Shown: piece after piece, positions 1 to 10,711 of the stretch
How positions within the stretch are numbered: position 1 is the first letter of the stretch
How the letters are laid out: each line of letters opens with the position of its first letter
IMG/VR virus record: IMGVR_UViG_3300025570_000015
Location: 1-61,867 of that record
DNA: 61,867 nt
Reading direction: 5' to 3' (one strand)
Source: a virus
Taxonomy: Duplodnaviria; Caudoviricetes
Position numbers and translations under genes: made by a program
The notes under the pieces: generated by a model
What the model saw: only the letters and a program-made list of their open reading frames with translations
Told to the model about the DNA's origin: nothing
Databases searched by the model: none

Positions 1-127
1 TCGAGTTTAATTTCGATCTGGTTCACTGCACGCAGTATTGCGTGAGCATCTTCACGTACATCAACGTCTGATGCACTACTGTCAGCGAATAACCTTAGTT
101 GGTCATCGCGTACCTGTTGCATAAAAT
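1..127. repeat. Exact 127-nt direct repeat of 37458-37584
   Basis: Base-by-base identity from tcgagtttaa to ...gcataaaat; the next base differs (g vs t). Confidence 0.95.
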
Positions 128-194
128 GCACGAATGCCGTGTCGTTTTTCAGACGTTTAGCCTCTTCTGCATTTATGCGTATTTCTGTTGTCAT
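1..194 (-). CDS. Small head-associated protein between scaffold and portal (partial; homolog of 37409-37651)
   Basis: Reads MTTEIRINAEEAKRLKNDTAF..., nearly identical to the 80-aa ORF; truncated by the window edge. Confidence 0.8.
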   Translation of the reverse strand, partial: MTTEIRINAEEAKRLKNDTAFVHFMQQVRDDQLRLFADSSASDVDVREDAHAILRAVNQIEIKL

Positions 195-2275
195 TGCTGT
201 GGATTACCTTGTGCCATTTGACCAACCATGCGAACCTTATCTTGCTCCGCTTGTATGCGTGCCACATCAACTGATGTCCCATATTCACCATACACTTTAG
301 CTGCATCAACTAGCAAGTCTTGCGCCATCTGATCTCGCTTTAAATCGTTGTCTGCGGCGGCTTTCTGCGCGTCAAGCTGTAGCTTAGCCATGTCAGATTG
401 CATCTTAGCTTGAGCCTTCATTTGCTCTGCCTGCAAGAACGCTGCATTCGGGTCTTGCTCGCCGCCTTGCGCCTCTTGTGCTTGCTGTTGTTGCTGTAGC
501 ATTTGCTGTTCAATCTCTGGCGTAATTGGCGCAAAATACCTGTCAGCATTTCGTATGCCAGATACCGCCAATTGATCTGCAAGCGTGTTTCTAATGTTTG
601 TCATGCTTACTAAACCATTGTTAGGCCCATATGTCTGATACACAAGTTGTTGCATTTGCAATGCTTGATTTAGTGCTAAGGCTTTCTCTTCTTCTCTGCC
701 AGTGCCTAATCCAACGTTAATGCTAACGTCCATCGAGCCATCCCATACGCGGGGATCTACTGGGACAAATGAGCCGTTCATTCGCATCATTTGCTCTTCG
801 TCTACATTCTTGTGAGACAGGCGCAACATTATGCCAAACAAGTCTCTCATGCCGTCTGCTAGGTTACGCACCATAACCTCAACTTGCCCAGCCGCAGCTT
901 GCACAGTGGCTTGCACAGCCGCTTTAGTTGTAGACTGCATTGCATCTGGGTCTAACCCCATAGAAGCACGTGAGACGCCTGTTTTGCTCTCTACAAGGCC
1001 ATCTAGGTAAGTTAATGCACCTAACGTCTGCCCAGCGGTAAATGGCACTGACAAGTCTTGCACTGCACCAGCTTGGCGCATTCTCACAATTGCACCAATC
1101 TCGTTATTTAGCACGTCGTCAATGTTGGCTGCGCCCTCTATGACCGCCAGACGTGGATTGTTTGTCATTGCAACGTTATCTAAGATTGAGCGTAAAACTG
1201 ACGTTGCCGCGTCTTGGTCATCCATAACTATTTCAGCTAGTGAACGTCCATAGAATGTATGTGGCTCTGGGTCTATCTCAAACTTAGCAAAAGGTAACTC
1301 ATCACATGGCTCAAAGTCTAGCAATTCATATGATGTACCACCGCAAGTAATCTTGTGTAATATTGGTATGCCAGTGCCATCTGCGTCTATTCGCATGTAT
1401 GCTTCTGTTACACTCACGTTTTTCATTGCCGGATCTTGCTCATCCTCGTCAGATGTATCCAAGCTGTATCCACGTCTTTCATGTACTTCAGCTTCAGTCA
1501 TCTCTGACCCGCTATCGAAGCTATCTAAGTCTAATACAACGTCTGGGTCATATCCCATGCCGATTAAATCGCCTGCACGCATTTCAGTTCTGTGAGCCAC
1601 CAAGTAAGCATCTTTGAGATTGCGTGCGTCTCGGTTAATGAAAAATTCTTCTGGCGGAACACTCTCTATACACAGCTCGCCTTGCTCTTGCTTGCGACTA
1701 ATTTTTATGTCGTGCTTTGGTACTTCTACTTCCATGCCCATCTCATCCATTGAGATACTCATTTCTGTAGTTTGCTCGATTACTGTAACTTCATCGTCAT
1801 CTGTGAGATATGTCAGCTCGTCATCATTTAAGTCTGTGAACGTGTATATCTCTGCTTCTGGATATGTCATCCAGTATGCCTTTACGATACCTTGCTTCTT
1901 CACAAGTGCATCTTGGAATGCATCGTTTATCACCCGGTAGCCATTTAAACGTGTAAACTCGTGGTGCATAAATTCAGTGGCTTGCTCTGCCATTGCTACA
2001 TCTTCTGGGCCACGCGGGACAAACTCCACTGGCTTTGCTGTACTTAGGAATATACGCATTAGGCTTGGTTTTACAGCACGTACAGTATCACGTACTTTTG
2101 TGGCTACAACTTTGCTTCTGCCATCTTCATAACCAAGGTCAACTTCGCCGTCATAGTATCGCTGCGCCTTAATTCTATCTTGGCTTATCTCGCTTTCAAC
2201 GAAATCTACTGCGCTGGCAATGGCGTCTTGGACAATGCCTTCAATTTCCATACGTGACTTTGGTTTTAATTCCAT
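191..2275 (-). CDS. Portal (head-tail connector) protein
   Basis: 694 aa; P22/podovirus portal-like motifs (RYYDGE, PHTFYGRSLAE, TGVSRASMG); Gln-rich helical C-terminal barrel; position next to head genes. Confidence 0.9.
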   Translation of the reverse strand: MELKPKSRMEIEGIVQDAIASAVDFVESEISQDRIKAQRYYDGEVDLGYEDGRSKVVATKVRDTVRAVKPSLMRIFLSTAKPVEFVPRGPEDVAMAEQATEFMHHEFTRLNGYRVINDAFQDALVKKQGIVKAYWMTYPEAEIYTFTDLNDDELTYLTDDDEVTVIEQTTEMSISMDEMGMEVEVPKHDIKISRKQEQGELCIESVPPEEFFINRDARNLKDAYLVAHRTEMRAGDLIGMGYDPDVVLDLDSFDSGSEMTEAEVHERRGYSLDTSDEDEQDPAMKNVSVTEAYMRIDADGTGIPILHKITCGGTSYELLDFEPCDELPFAKFEIDPEPHTFYGRSLAEIVMDDQDAATSVLRSILDNVAMTNNPRLAVIEGAANIDDVLNNEIGAIVRMRQAGAVQDLSVPFTAGQTLGALTYLDGLVESKTGVSRASMGLDPDAMQSTTKAAVQATVQAAAGQVEVMVRNLADGMRDLFGIMLRLSHKNVDEEQMMRMNGSFVPVDPRVWDGSMDVSINVGLGTGREEEKALALNQALQMQQLVYQTYGPNNGLVSMTNIRNTLADQLAVSGIRNADRYFAPITPEIEQQMLQQQQQAQEAQGGEQDPNAAFLQAEQMKAQAKMQSDMAKLQLDAQKAAADNDLKRDQMAQDLLVDAAKVYGEYGTSVDVARIQAEQDKVRMVGQMAQGNPQQ

Positions 2276-2285
2276 GATCTATTCC

Positions 2286-4523
2286 TTAATTCACAAGATT
2301 TGATGCGGCTTCAGATGCAGTTGGTGTAGCTCCGCCAAACAAAGTTACTGATATTTGTTGTGCTAAAAATCTGTTTTGAGCTTCCGTTAAGTCTTGCCCT
2401 TTTATAGCGCCAGATATTAACTTTAATGCTTCTTGTGCAGATCTGCCTTTGCGCTGCGTTAGTGCTGTAGCTATTTCCACAAAAACTTTTTGCTTTTGGC
2501 TTTCAGTAAATTCATCAGTCATTCCAGATATAGCTTGAATTAACCTCTGTGAAGTCTGCAAAGGCTCACCCCTAAGTGCAGTACCAACTACACCGGGTTT
2601 TGTTATTTCTTTGATTGTTTCGTTAATTGCAGTACGTTGTGCTGTTTTGGAATTAACCGCCATAGATGCCTTAACAACTGCTGATTGAGACGCTGCATCT
2701 ATTTGCTTTAGTAGCGCATCCGCTTCAGCTCCCAGTAAAGCTTTTATTTTATTTCTTGAGCTACCAGAACTTAAATCAGTTACAACTTTTATAACTTGTC
2801 TGGCGTCAATGGCTTCTGCCGTAGGGTCAGATGCAATAGCTTTTACGTCATTCATTGCCTTATCAATATAATTGCGCAAGCCTGTCTTTGCAGCTTCAAG
2901 CTGCGCCACTGGTGTGCTTGCATTAAATTGATCTAATACATCTTCAAGTTCTGTGTTTGGTTTAAGAAGGTCAGCACCTAATTTAAATGATCGCTCTTCA
3001 GCTATTTTATCGCCACCAAGTTTTACCGCATCACCATAAACAGGCACGGCGTCAGATACAGCATCACGTAAATCTGATGCTAGTTTATTATAGCTACTAC
3101 CTTTGCCAGTTAATCTGCCAAAATCATCAACATTCTCATATGCAATAGATTGCAAAGATTTCTTCAATTGGTCTAATTGCATAACATTTGGTAGTTCACT
3201 AAATATAATTTTTCCGTTGTCGCCAACTATAACTTTTATTTGTTGATTTGCGGGCATACCACTAATTTGTATAGCCTCATTAGCATCTGCGATTGCCTTT
3301 GATAAAACATTATCTGGGGTTCTATCTAAAACTTTAAATATTTGATCGCCTTTTTCTGAGCTATAATCAATTGCAGATTTCGGGCCTCTAAATGCTTCAT
3401 TATATAAATCGCTTCTTTGGGCTTGCGTTCTTTTTGCAATATTTTCTACAGCAGTTTTAGGGCCAATTTCAGCTTCTCCTAAAACTTCATTAAATGTAGC
3501 GTCCAAGTTTTGACCAGTTCTTGCCATGCGCTCATTTATGGCAGTGCGCGCCACCATTGAAGACTGACCGCCACTTGAGGCGGATGCATCTAACAATGCT
3601 TGCGCCGCAGATCCTGCATCAGCAAGCATTCCCTCATCACCAGCTCTTTGTATAGATGATAGTGCGCTATTAACATCTCCGCCTAGCTCAAATGTGTTCT
3701 TAATTACTCTAGCCGCATTCCCAGATATATTTAAAGCATTTGAGATTAACCCAACGTCAGTTTGTTTTACCCAATCTGCTAAGTTTTTAACACCCTTACC
3801 AACTATAGGTGCTGCTGTACCTAAAACTGCGCCAGCTCCTGCGCCAAACATTACGCCCTGTTTTGCGCTTTCAATTCGCTCTTGCGTTGTTGACCCGTCG
3901 CCATACCCAGATATAAGTCCCTCTGATGCTCCCAATCCAGAACCAGTTGCAACGCCACGCGCAATTGTTGCTGGTAAGGTTTGCGTCAATGGCCCAGCAA
4001 GGGCTGCTGTAGCTTTAGCTGGTAAAGCCGCCAACATAGCCGCAGAGTTAATCACGCCGCTACCCAGACCTATTGCAGCGTTTTCTATTGGACGTTCGCT
4101 TGCCATAGCCGATTGAGCTGCGCGTGTTGCTATTGCCGCTTGTTCTCCAAAAGTTTGACCCATAGCTTCATCAGTGTATTTGCCAGCAAATGGAGTTGCA
4201 CCAAGATATACCGCAGCTCTTGAAGCTAGTGGATATTTATCTAGTACATCTTGGTAAAAGCTAGACTTAGACGCTTGCCCTGCGTCTGTTTCTCCTGCCA
4301 TGATAGTGTTAATTCTATCTTGGTCAGATGTAGAGTATGACGGGCTTACCAAATATCTCTGCCCATCCTTACGCTCAAATATGCGTACATTACCATCCAT
4401 CTTTTTAATAATGCGTGGTAATTTTTTATAGTTAGATTTTGCTTTTTCTAATGCTTCTTCTTGGCTAGACGCAGATATTTCAACTTCATAGCCATCGGGT
4501 GTCATTATTTGAAATTTATCCAT
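2286..4523 (-). CDS. Putative internal virion / DNA ejection protein (large)
   Basis: 745 aa, Ala/Gly-rich helical with hydrophobic Gly-rich segments; last gene of the post-tail block, where podoviruses encode ejection proteins. Confidence 0.6.
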   Translation of the reverse strand: MDKFQIMTPDGYEVEISASSQEEALEKAKSNYKKLPRIIKKMDGNVRIFERKDGQRYLVSPSYSTSDQDRINTIMAGETDAGQASKSSFYQDVLDKYPLASRAAVYLGATPFAGKYTDEAMGQTFGEQAAIATRAAQSAMASERPIENAAIGLGSGVINSAAMLAALPAKATAALAGPLTQTLPATIARGVATGSGLGASEGLISGYGDGSTTQERIESAKQGVMFGAGAGAVLGTAAPIVGKGVKNLADWVKQTDVGLISNALNISGNAARVIKNTFELGGDVNSALSSIQRAGDEGMLADAGSAAQALLDASASSGGQSSMVARTAINERMARTGQNLDATFNEVLGEAEIGPKTAVENIAKRTQAQRSDLYNEAFRGPKSAIDYSSEKGDQIFKVLDRTPDNVLSKAIADANEAIQISGMPANQQIKVIVGDNGKIIFSELPNVMQLDQLKKSLQSIAYENVDDFGRLTGKGSSYNKLASDLRDAVSDAVPVYGDAVKLGGDKIAEERSFKLGADLLKPNTELEDVLDQFNASTPVAQLEAAKTGLRNYIDKAMNDVKAIASDPTAEAIDARQVIKVVTDLSSGSSRNKIKALLGAEADALLKQIDAASQSAVVKASMAVNSKTAQRTAINETIKEITKPGVVGTALRGEPLQTSQRLIQAISGMTDEFTESQKQKVFVEIATALTQRKGRSAQEALKLISGAIKGQDLTEAQNRFLAQQISVTLFGGATPTASEAASNLVN

Positions 4524-4527
4524 ATTA

Positions 4528-5409
4528 TTATCTTCCCGGTACTACACTTGTTACAGAAAATCCATTGCCGTTGCCGTTAGCTTGGTTGTTAACATTTTGC
4601 CCTGCGGTATATTTTAAACCGCTAATTTTAGCTTCTCTTGCTTGTCTTTTCTGCTTTATAACTTCTGGCCCATCATTTGGCTGTGGAAAGTATTGCAATT
4701 CAGCATTGTCAAATTCATCCTTACCAATAGCTGCGCCACTTTCTTGACGTAGTATAGCATTAATAAAATCACGCTTTGCTTGATCATATTTTTGGCCTTC
4801 TGGGGTTCTAAGGAAATTACCAAAAGGTATAGAGCCAGCTATATAATTTCGCATCATAGTGCCTTGATTTTCTAAATCATTTAAAATGTTTTGTGAAAAT
4901 TCTGCTCTTTCAACAAAGCCTTTGGATTGAGCTTGAGCCGCAGTCAAATCTTTACTCATCTCAACTTTTTGTGTTGAGTAAAATTTACCACTGCTATCAA
5001 ATTGACCAGCAAGAGCGCCATATGCTTTCGCCTCTTCTGGCGTGGCTATTCTAAATGTATCTTTAGGCTTCATTCTGTTTGATAAAATTGCACTTACCAC
5101 ATTTGATGCGGCAGACGGATTAGCCTCTATAACAGCAGCCGCGTCTGCGTATCCGTTGTTTTTCAACCACTCAACAGTCTTATTCACATTACCAGCAGCT
5201 ACACGTTGCATACCACGTTCGCGTATTGCTTCGCCTGCACGCATCTCTGGCATAATTAATGGGTCAAGAGCTGCGGCAAAGTTTTGAAATCTGCTCAAAC
5301 CAGTGTTGGGGTTTTGCTCTCTGGCATAGTCAAGTAAGCCGCCTAAACCGCCACGAGACTGACTTGGGTTCATCCTATCTTGAATGATTTCTGCTGGCTT
5401 TTTTATCAT
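4528..5409 (-). CDS. Putative internal virion / ejection protein
   Basis: Start moved to MIKKPAEII by alignment with 41449-42582; shared N-terminus, different C-terminus. Confidence 0.55.
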   Translation of the reverse strand: MIKKPAEIIQDRMNPSQSRGGLGGLLDYAREQNPNTGLSRFQNFAAALDPLIMPEMRAGEAIRERGMQRVAAGNVNKTVEWLKNNGYADAAAVIEANPSAASNVVSAILSNRMKPKDTFRIATPEEAKAYGALAGQFDSSGKFYSTQKVEMSKDLTAAQAQSKGFVERAEFSQNILNDLENQGTMMRNYIAGSIPFGNFLRTPEGQKYDQAKRDFINAILRQESGAAIGKDEFDNAELQYFPQPNDGPEVIKQKRQAREAKISGLKYTAGQNVNNQANGNGNGFSVTSVVPGR

Positions 5410-5413
5410 ATGC

Positions 5414-6229
5414 TTATCCCATCCCGCCAAATGCTTGTAGATAACTTAACAAGCCCGGACTTTGGCTTTCTGTTGTTGTTTTTGCGCCGCCTTCTTGCGC
5501 AACACCAAGCGCAGCAAGTGGCGCTGATAATGCTTGCTGTGGCGCTCCAGTGTAACTATCATACTGCTGTTTAGCCGCATCAATGAGTGCTTGCTGTAAA
5601 CCTTGCTGTAGTAAACCTTGTCGCTCTTGCCTGTCTTGAATTGCCTGACCTGTGTTAAATGCTTGGTTTGCGAGTGCGCCAGTTTGTGCAGCTCCGCCCA
5701 TTTGTAATTGCTGTTGGTTTTGCGCCGCACCTAATGCAGTGTTAAACCCTTGCTGTTGCAGATTACCAAATGCTTGTGCGCCTTGCCTTGCAAATCCTTC
5801 ATTAGTTAAAGCTTCTGCAACGCCGTGGCGCGAACCCCCAAACGCTCCCGCGTTTGATGCTTGCGCTCCCATTGTGTTCATCTGCATCTGCCTTTGGCGC
5901 TCAAGATCAGCTAACGTGTTTTGCGTAACTTGCTGGGTGTATGGGTTCATAAATTGACCAATGTTTGGCCCTTGCATCGCCGCTTGAGTGCCTTGCATAG
6001 CCTGCTGTAAACCACCAGCCGCCGCTTGGTTTACGTTGAAGCTACCTTGTGGAGCTATTGTAGGGTTGCTATTTAATCCTTGTCCGCCCTTGCCACCGGG
6101 CATTATGCCGCCATTAATAGCGCTATAATTATTACCCATTGGGTTATACGTTCCGTTTGGTTGTGCGGAAGAATTTTGTGCCGCATTGGCAACTTGAGCC
6201 GCATTCCATCCTGTAGTGCCATACGACAT
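5414..6229 (-). CDS. Gln/Gly/Ala-rich putative ejection (pilot-like) protein
   Basis: FMNPYTQQV and GAFGGSRHGVAEA motifs typical of podoviral ejection proteins; homolog at 42582-43412. Confidence 0.6.
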   Translation of the reverse strand: MSYGTTGWNAAQVANAAQNSSAQPNGTYNPMGNNYSAINGGIMPGGKGGQGLNSNPTIAPQGSFNVNQAAAGGLQQAMQGTQAAMQGPNIGQFMNPYTQQVTQNTLADLERQRQMQMNTMGAQASNAGAFGGSRHGVAEALTNEGFARQGAQAFGNLQQQGFNTALGAAQNQQQLQMGGAAQTGALANQAFNTGQAIQDRQERQGLLQQGLQQALIDAAKQQYDSYTGAPQQALSAPLAALGVAQEGGAKTTTESQSPGLLSYLQAFGGMG

Positions 6230-6274
6230 ATTAAGCCTCTTTTCTTTTAAAATTAGTCATCTTGTTCATAATGC

Positions 6275-7399
6275 TTACCTACCTTTGGTCTTCAGCCCAC
6301 CATATTTTTTTGCGGCACTAGCCTTGCGCTGATCTACAGATAATCCGCCGCCAGTTTTTTTATTAAGATTTTTTCTGCGCCTATCAGCAGAAGCAGATCG
6401 CCTTTCCCTAGCCGCTCTTTCAGAAGCCATTCTAGCCGCTTCTGCGTCTACTCTGCCCTGTATAACGTCAGGCGTATTGTAGCTAGTAAATCCAGTTGCG
6501 TCACCTATTGCCCCGCCTATATCGCCTAGTAATCCATACTCACCGCCTTTATTGCCAACGCCACTTGTTCTTCGTCCACGTCCGCTAAATAAATCATAAT
6601 TTCCGGGCTGTTTTTCAATAGGCAATCTGTAACCCGCAGCCATTGCAAGCCTCGGATCTACTTCGCCGACATCATATCCGCCGGCAACAATTGAAGTCGT
6701 GTTTGGATTTTGCAAGCCGTAATCTGATCCTGTAGCATCTGGTATTTTTGGGTCAAATATATTTTGAATTGCACCAAAGTATCCCGGAGCTGTAAAACCT
6801 TGCGATTTATCATAAACTGCGTAATTTGTGCCAGCAGTGCTTGAACCCGGCTGAAATGGAGAGGTAGCTTCCCTATTCATCATATCCAACATTCTTTGCT
6901 TGTTGCGATCGCTGCGATAATCACCCCGACTGTCTTGCATACTTTGTATAGCCGAAGCTTGCGTTCCATCATATGTTGGATACATCGCATTGGGAGATTG
7001 CACGTTAGCGCCCGGTGCGCCTGTGTATGGGTCAATAAAGAAACTATCCATGTACGCTTTTTGCGCTGGCCTGCGTGCGGCAAGCTCATTTAATGATTGC
7101 TCGTAAATTGGCGCAGATGAATAACCACGAACGCCGTTAGCATATTGTGTAGGCTCGCCCATGCCGCCCATTATATCAAAGCTACTGCTAGGCGCACCCA
7201 TACCAAATGCATCAGCAACATTTGCCGTATTTTGAAATGAAGCCTGTTGCATAGGTGTGAACGCAGCTACGTCTGGGCCATAGTATGGCGTGTAACCTAT
7301 TTGCGATATGCCTTCAGCTTTATTTAAATTACGTCGTGCCGCATCTTCTATATAATCTGGTACTGTAACACTTGATGATGTTGACCCGCCTTTAGACAT
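6275..7399 (-). CDS. Putative internal virion protein
   Basis: MSKGGSTSSSV...PYYGPDVAAFTPMQQA N-terminus shared with 43414-45159; low-complexity, basic C-terminus. Confidence 0.55.
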   Translation of the reverse strand: MSKGGSTSSSVTVPDYIEDAARRNLNKAEGISQIGYTPYYGPDVAAFTPMQQASFQNTANVADAFGMGAPSSSFDIMGGMGEPTQYANGVRGYSSAPIYEQSLNELAARRPAQKAYMDSFFIDPYTGAPGANVQSPNAMYPTYDGTQASAIQSMQDSRGDYRSDRNKQRMLDMMNREATSPFQPGSSTAGTNYAVYDKSQGFTAPGYFGAIQNIFDPKIPDATGSDYGLQNPNTTSIVAGGYDVGEVDPRLAMAAGYRLPIEKQPGNYDLFSGRGRRTSGVGNKGGEYGLLGDIGGAIGDATGFTSYNTPDVIQGRVDAEAARMASERAARERRSASADRRRKNLNKKTGGGLSVDQRKASAAKKYGGLKTKGR

Positions 7400-7761
7400 T
7401 ATTCAAACTCCTTAACATAAGACGAGTGAAGCTGATGCCAGCCATGTTTCGCCAATGGTTTTTTCCAGCCGACACGCCCCGTCATGGTTAGTGCCGCGCA
7501 TCCTTGCGCTTTAGCCCACTCTACCACATCTTGGTGCATATCCAAAATTTGATCCAATTCGCCACCGCCTAAAAACACGTTTAACATTCTTTTTCTTGGG
7601 TATACCACAATTTCTGTGACTATGCACCCCTTTGGTGAAGGCCACAACTGCAATGTACCCTTATATATTCCTTCAGCAATATCAATGAAGTCATGCGTGC
7701 CGCCAGAGTATTCTAGAGCTGCTTCTATCCAAGGCTTACATCTTTCTAATTCTTCATTCAT
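7399..7761 (-). CDS. GNAT-fold-like phage protein
   Basis: 120 aa, VFLGGGELD...WAKAQGC..LTMTGRVGWKK pattern; usual position after tail genes; conserved at 45159. Confidence 0.55.
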   Translation of the reverse strand: MNEELERCKPWIEAALEYSGGTHDFIDIAEGIYKGTLQLWPSPKGCIVTEIVVYPRKRMLNVFLGGGELDQILDMHQDVVEWAKAQGCAALTMTGRVGWKKPLAKHGWHQLHSSYVKEFE

Positions 7762-8423
7762 GCGTGCGTTCTCGTAATTGATAATGTTGAGGATGGTATT
7801 GATGGAACGGGTGATGATGCAGCAGTGTAATTTAAAAATCCGTCAGTGTTATCCATCATGTAATTTACTTCTAAATAATCACCAGCCGCCACAGTAAATA
7901 TCTGTGTTCGTGACGTAACAACTGTAGCGTTATTCTGGTGTAATGCAGTTGTCATAGCGCTATTATCTACATTCGTACCATTTATGCTAGGCCAGAAGTA
8001 AAAATGTACTGTGCTTGCGCTTGTTGATGATATTTGCGCAGAAAATGATAATACATATTCCCCAGCCTCTTCAAATACAATTCTACTTGCTGGTGTGCCT
8101 TGTGTGATTTTTGAATTACCAGTTGGTACGTCATAGGTCAGCTTGTATGCTGTATTTGCTAGAGCCGGTGTAACGTCTGATGTTTTAATAAAGTTAGCGT
8201 GTCCACCTTCCATTACAATTTGACGCCACTCTCCACCTTCACTTACAACTGGATATTTGTATACTCGATTCCACATAAGAGTGCCATCTTCTGCTGCATT
8301 CTCATCTCCATTCTGTTGAACTAGCGTGGATCTCGTTTGGGCAATATATGCAACTAATCGGCGACCCCACGTTCGCCAATCATTACCAATTACATCTGGC
8401 GCTCGCTGTTGCTGCTCGCTCAT
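7758..8423 (-). CDS. Tail-associated protein with C1q/BclA-like beta C-terminal domain
   Basis: Beta-rich C-terminus (EAGEYVLSFSAQ...AGDYLEV); follows tail tube B; conserved at 45518. Confidence 0.5.
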   Translation of the reverse strand: MSEQQQRAPDVIGNDWRTWGRRLVAYIAQTRSTLVQQNGDENAAEDGTLMWNRVYKYPVVSEGGEWRQIVMEGGHANFIKTSDVTPALANTAYKLTYDVPTGNSKITQGTPASRIVFEEAGEYVLSFSAQISSTSASTVHFYFWPSINGTNVDNSAMTTALHQNNATVVTSRTQIFTVAAGDYLEVNYMMDNTDGFLNYTAASSPVPSIPSSTLSITRTHA

Positions 8424-9901
8424 CTTCTACCGCCCGGTGTGATGTTTATCCTATTAATACCAACACGCCAATCTCCTAAAGTATTGCCGTCTATCCTTAA
8501 TCTGATCTGTCGCCCTGTAAACCTTAATGAAGTTGGATTTGACATTACAAAAGATCCATATGATCTTTCTGTTCCGTTTGGATAAAACCTTGATTTAAAT
8601 GTTACAGTAACATCGCCCTGCGTCTTTTCATCTGGGATCATCTCAGTTACCGCCATAACATTATCGCCAGTTCCTAATGATATAGACCCGCTCTCTGCAA
8701 ATGGTGACATGCTGCCATAGTTAAACCCAATCTCATGCTCGTATAATTTATTGTCATCTGCTGAAACCCAGAACGGCTGCTTAAACGTACCCATATCAGC
8801 GCCTGCCGTTCTGCCAAGTTCGCCAATGTACCAAGTGCGTTCAACATAATTATAAACAACGTATCTATCATTTTCAGTAGACGAACCTGATGGGTAAAAC
8901 CAGAATATCTCGCCATATGTACTGTTCGGCACAGCAAAAGCCTTGCTAATTTGCGCTCGATTTATATCGCCAAATACATAGTCAGATACTTCACTTTCAA
9001 GCTGTTGAGCTACACCGCCTGCATAAACATAAAACGAGTGATTACCCATCCAGAATGCACCTTGATCAACTGATGCATATGCCTTACTAGCTACCAAACC
9101 ACAGCTAGAGCCAACACGCTCAATACCATAAACGTATGGTGCGCCAATGTAATTTGCAACGTGCGCATCTGTGCTTGTTAATATCAATGTCTGGCCTTGC
9201 ACTCGAACACCAGCCATAATTCTGCCACTTGTGTTTAATTCAATATCACCAGCCTCATTTGTAGCTGCGGGCGTCCATGTCGTGTTATCTTCTCGATCAC
9301 TAAATTGTATTTTACGTTGATTGCCGCCTGCACCAAGTGCAAACACAAATCTTTCTTCAGTGACAACAATTGCCTCATTATTAATTGGCGCGTTTGCCAC
9401 TACAGCAGCAGGGGTAGAATTACTTAATTGCCACTCGTATATCTTCCCATCATCTGGGCTACATGCTAAGAGATACTCGCCCCAATTTTCTAATGACCAA
9501 GTTGTGGCAGGCTGTGTTCTTGCCGTGTCTGGCCTTGCTACGCCGTATGCATAATTGCCATAGAAGCTACCGCCATACCCTGTAAATGCTTCTGCACTTT
9601 CTCTGCCTGATGCAAAACTTGTTGGGGTTATATCGTGGCGCACTCCAGCAGAAGTCCAACTATATAATTTATCATACGTGCCACCAACAATGTATCTGCT
9701 TTGGTCATTAGAAACCCACGTAAGTAAACCGCGCACCTTTGCGTCCGCCGCAGTATCAGATCGGGTGCGCCAGCCACCAATTGGACGCATAGTGCCATCT
9801 ACCCAACGTATTAAATTACTGTCTCGCCAACGATTTGACGATTGTAATTCAGTGCCATTTCGGTAAATGCCGGGTTGTATATCTAGCGGTATTAATGGCA
9901 T
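8420..9901 (-). CDS. Tail tubular protein B / DNA stabilization protein (P22 gp10-like)
   Basis: 493 aa, beta-propeller-like, Trp-rich (EIFWFYPS, YVVYNY...WYIG); conserved at 46177. Confidence 0.7.
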   Translation of the reverse strand: MPLIPLDIQPGIYRNGTELQSSNRWRDSNLIRWVDGTMRPIGGWRTRSDTAADAKVRGLLTWVSNDQSRYIVGGTYDKLYSWTSAGVRHDITPTSFASGRESAEAFTGYGGSFYGNYAYGVARPDTARTQPATTWSLENWGEYLLACSPDDGKIYEWQLSNSTPAAVVANAPINNEAIVVTEERFVFALGAGGNQRKIQFSDREDNTTWTPAATNEAGDIELNTSGRIMAGVRVQGQTLILTSTDAHVANYIGAPYVYGIERVGSSCGLVASKAYASVDQGAFWMGNHSFYVYAGGVAQQLESEVSDYVFGDINRAQISKAFAVPNSTYGEIFWFYPSGSSTENDRYVVYNYVERTWYIGELGRTAGADMGTFKQPFWVSADDNKLYEHEIGFNYGSMSPFAESGSISLGTGDNVMAVTEMIPDEKTQGDVTVTFKSRFYPNGTERSYGSFVMSNPTSLRFTGRQIRLRIDGNTLGDWRVGINRINITPGGRR

Positions 9902-10657
9902 TTATCTTAGCTCCGCCCATGTTGTAATTGAAGCACCACTAGCAAACCTGTAATAATAATTATTAGGTATTACCGCGTTCATACATTGTCCACTGTTTGG
10001 GTGAAAGCGACCAACAGTAATCCACGATGAGTTATCTGTGCTGACTTCAAAATTTCTAAAAGATCCATTGCCGTAACCAGTAATAGCAACCGAAATAGAT
10101 TTACCTGTTGTGTTCTGATATGAAGTACCATCTGTACGGCTTGATTCAACATCCTGCCAAGTCTGGCCCACGCCAATTCCATTATCGGGGGCAAGAGCTT
10201 CGATCGCCGCTTTAACTTTAGCTGGCGAAACAATGCTTTCAGTTGTGCTAGTACCTGTCTCCCAAACTGCCTCGGCTTGAGTTGTAGATACATACTTTGT
10301 ATCAAGCTGCGTCTGTATATTGCTTGTAACGCCGTCAACGTAATTTAATTCAGCAGTTGTAGCTGTCACGCCATCTAGCAAGTTAATATCAGCAGTTGTA
10401 GCTGTCACGCCATCTAGCAAGTTAATATCAGCAGTTGTAGCTGTCACGCCATCTAACTTGTTTAACTCAGTGACGGATGCTGTGACTGTAGCCCCGCCAA
10501 TCTTTAACGCTGTTAAGTCCGGGCTTATTGCAGTTGTCCCATCCAGTAAATTATCAACGCTGTCCAAGTTGGTGTTTATTTTAGTACCCCAAGTATCCTC
10601 AGATGCACCGACTTCTGGCTTAACTAAGTTATATGTGGTTGTTGTAGTATCAGCCAT
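9902..10657 (-). CDS. Tail fibre protein (short)
   Basis: N-terminal anchor [20 protein letters not shown] shared with the 759-aa fibre; LDGVTATT repeats; C-terminal GVGQTWQDV...[11 protein letters not shown] tip domain. Confidence 0.75.
   Translation of the reverse strand: MADTTTTTYNLVKPEVGASEDTWGTKINTNLDSVDNLLDGTTAISPDLTALKIGGATVTASVTELNKLDGVTATTADINLLDGVTATTADINLLDGVTATTAELNYVDGVTSNIQTQLDTKYVSTTQAEAVWETGTSTTESIVSPAKVKAAIEALAPDNGIGVGQTWQDVESSRTDGTSYQNTTGKSISVAITGYGNGSFRNFEVSTDNSSWITVGRFHPNSGQCMNAVIPNNYYYRFASGASITTWAELR
10350..10455. repeat. 39-bp tandem repeat (about 2.7 units) within the tail fibre gene
   Basis: tcagcagttgtagctgtcacgccatctagcaagttaata starts at 10350, 10389 and (partial) 10428; encodes [13 protein letters not shown]. 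Confidence 0.9.
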
Positions 10658-10711
10658 TATTTAGTCTCCTATTTGGCAACACATTGCCATAAATTATGCA
10701 AATTTGCAACA

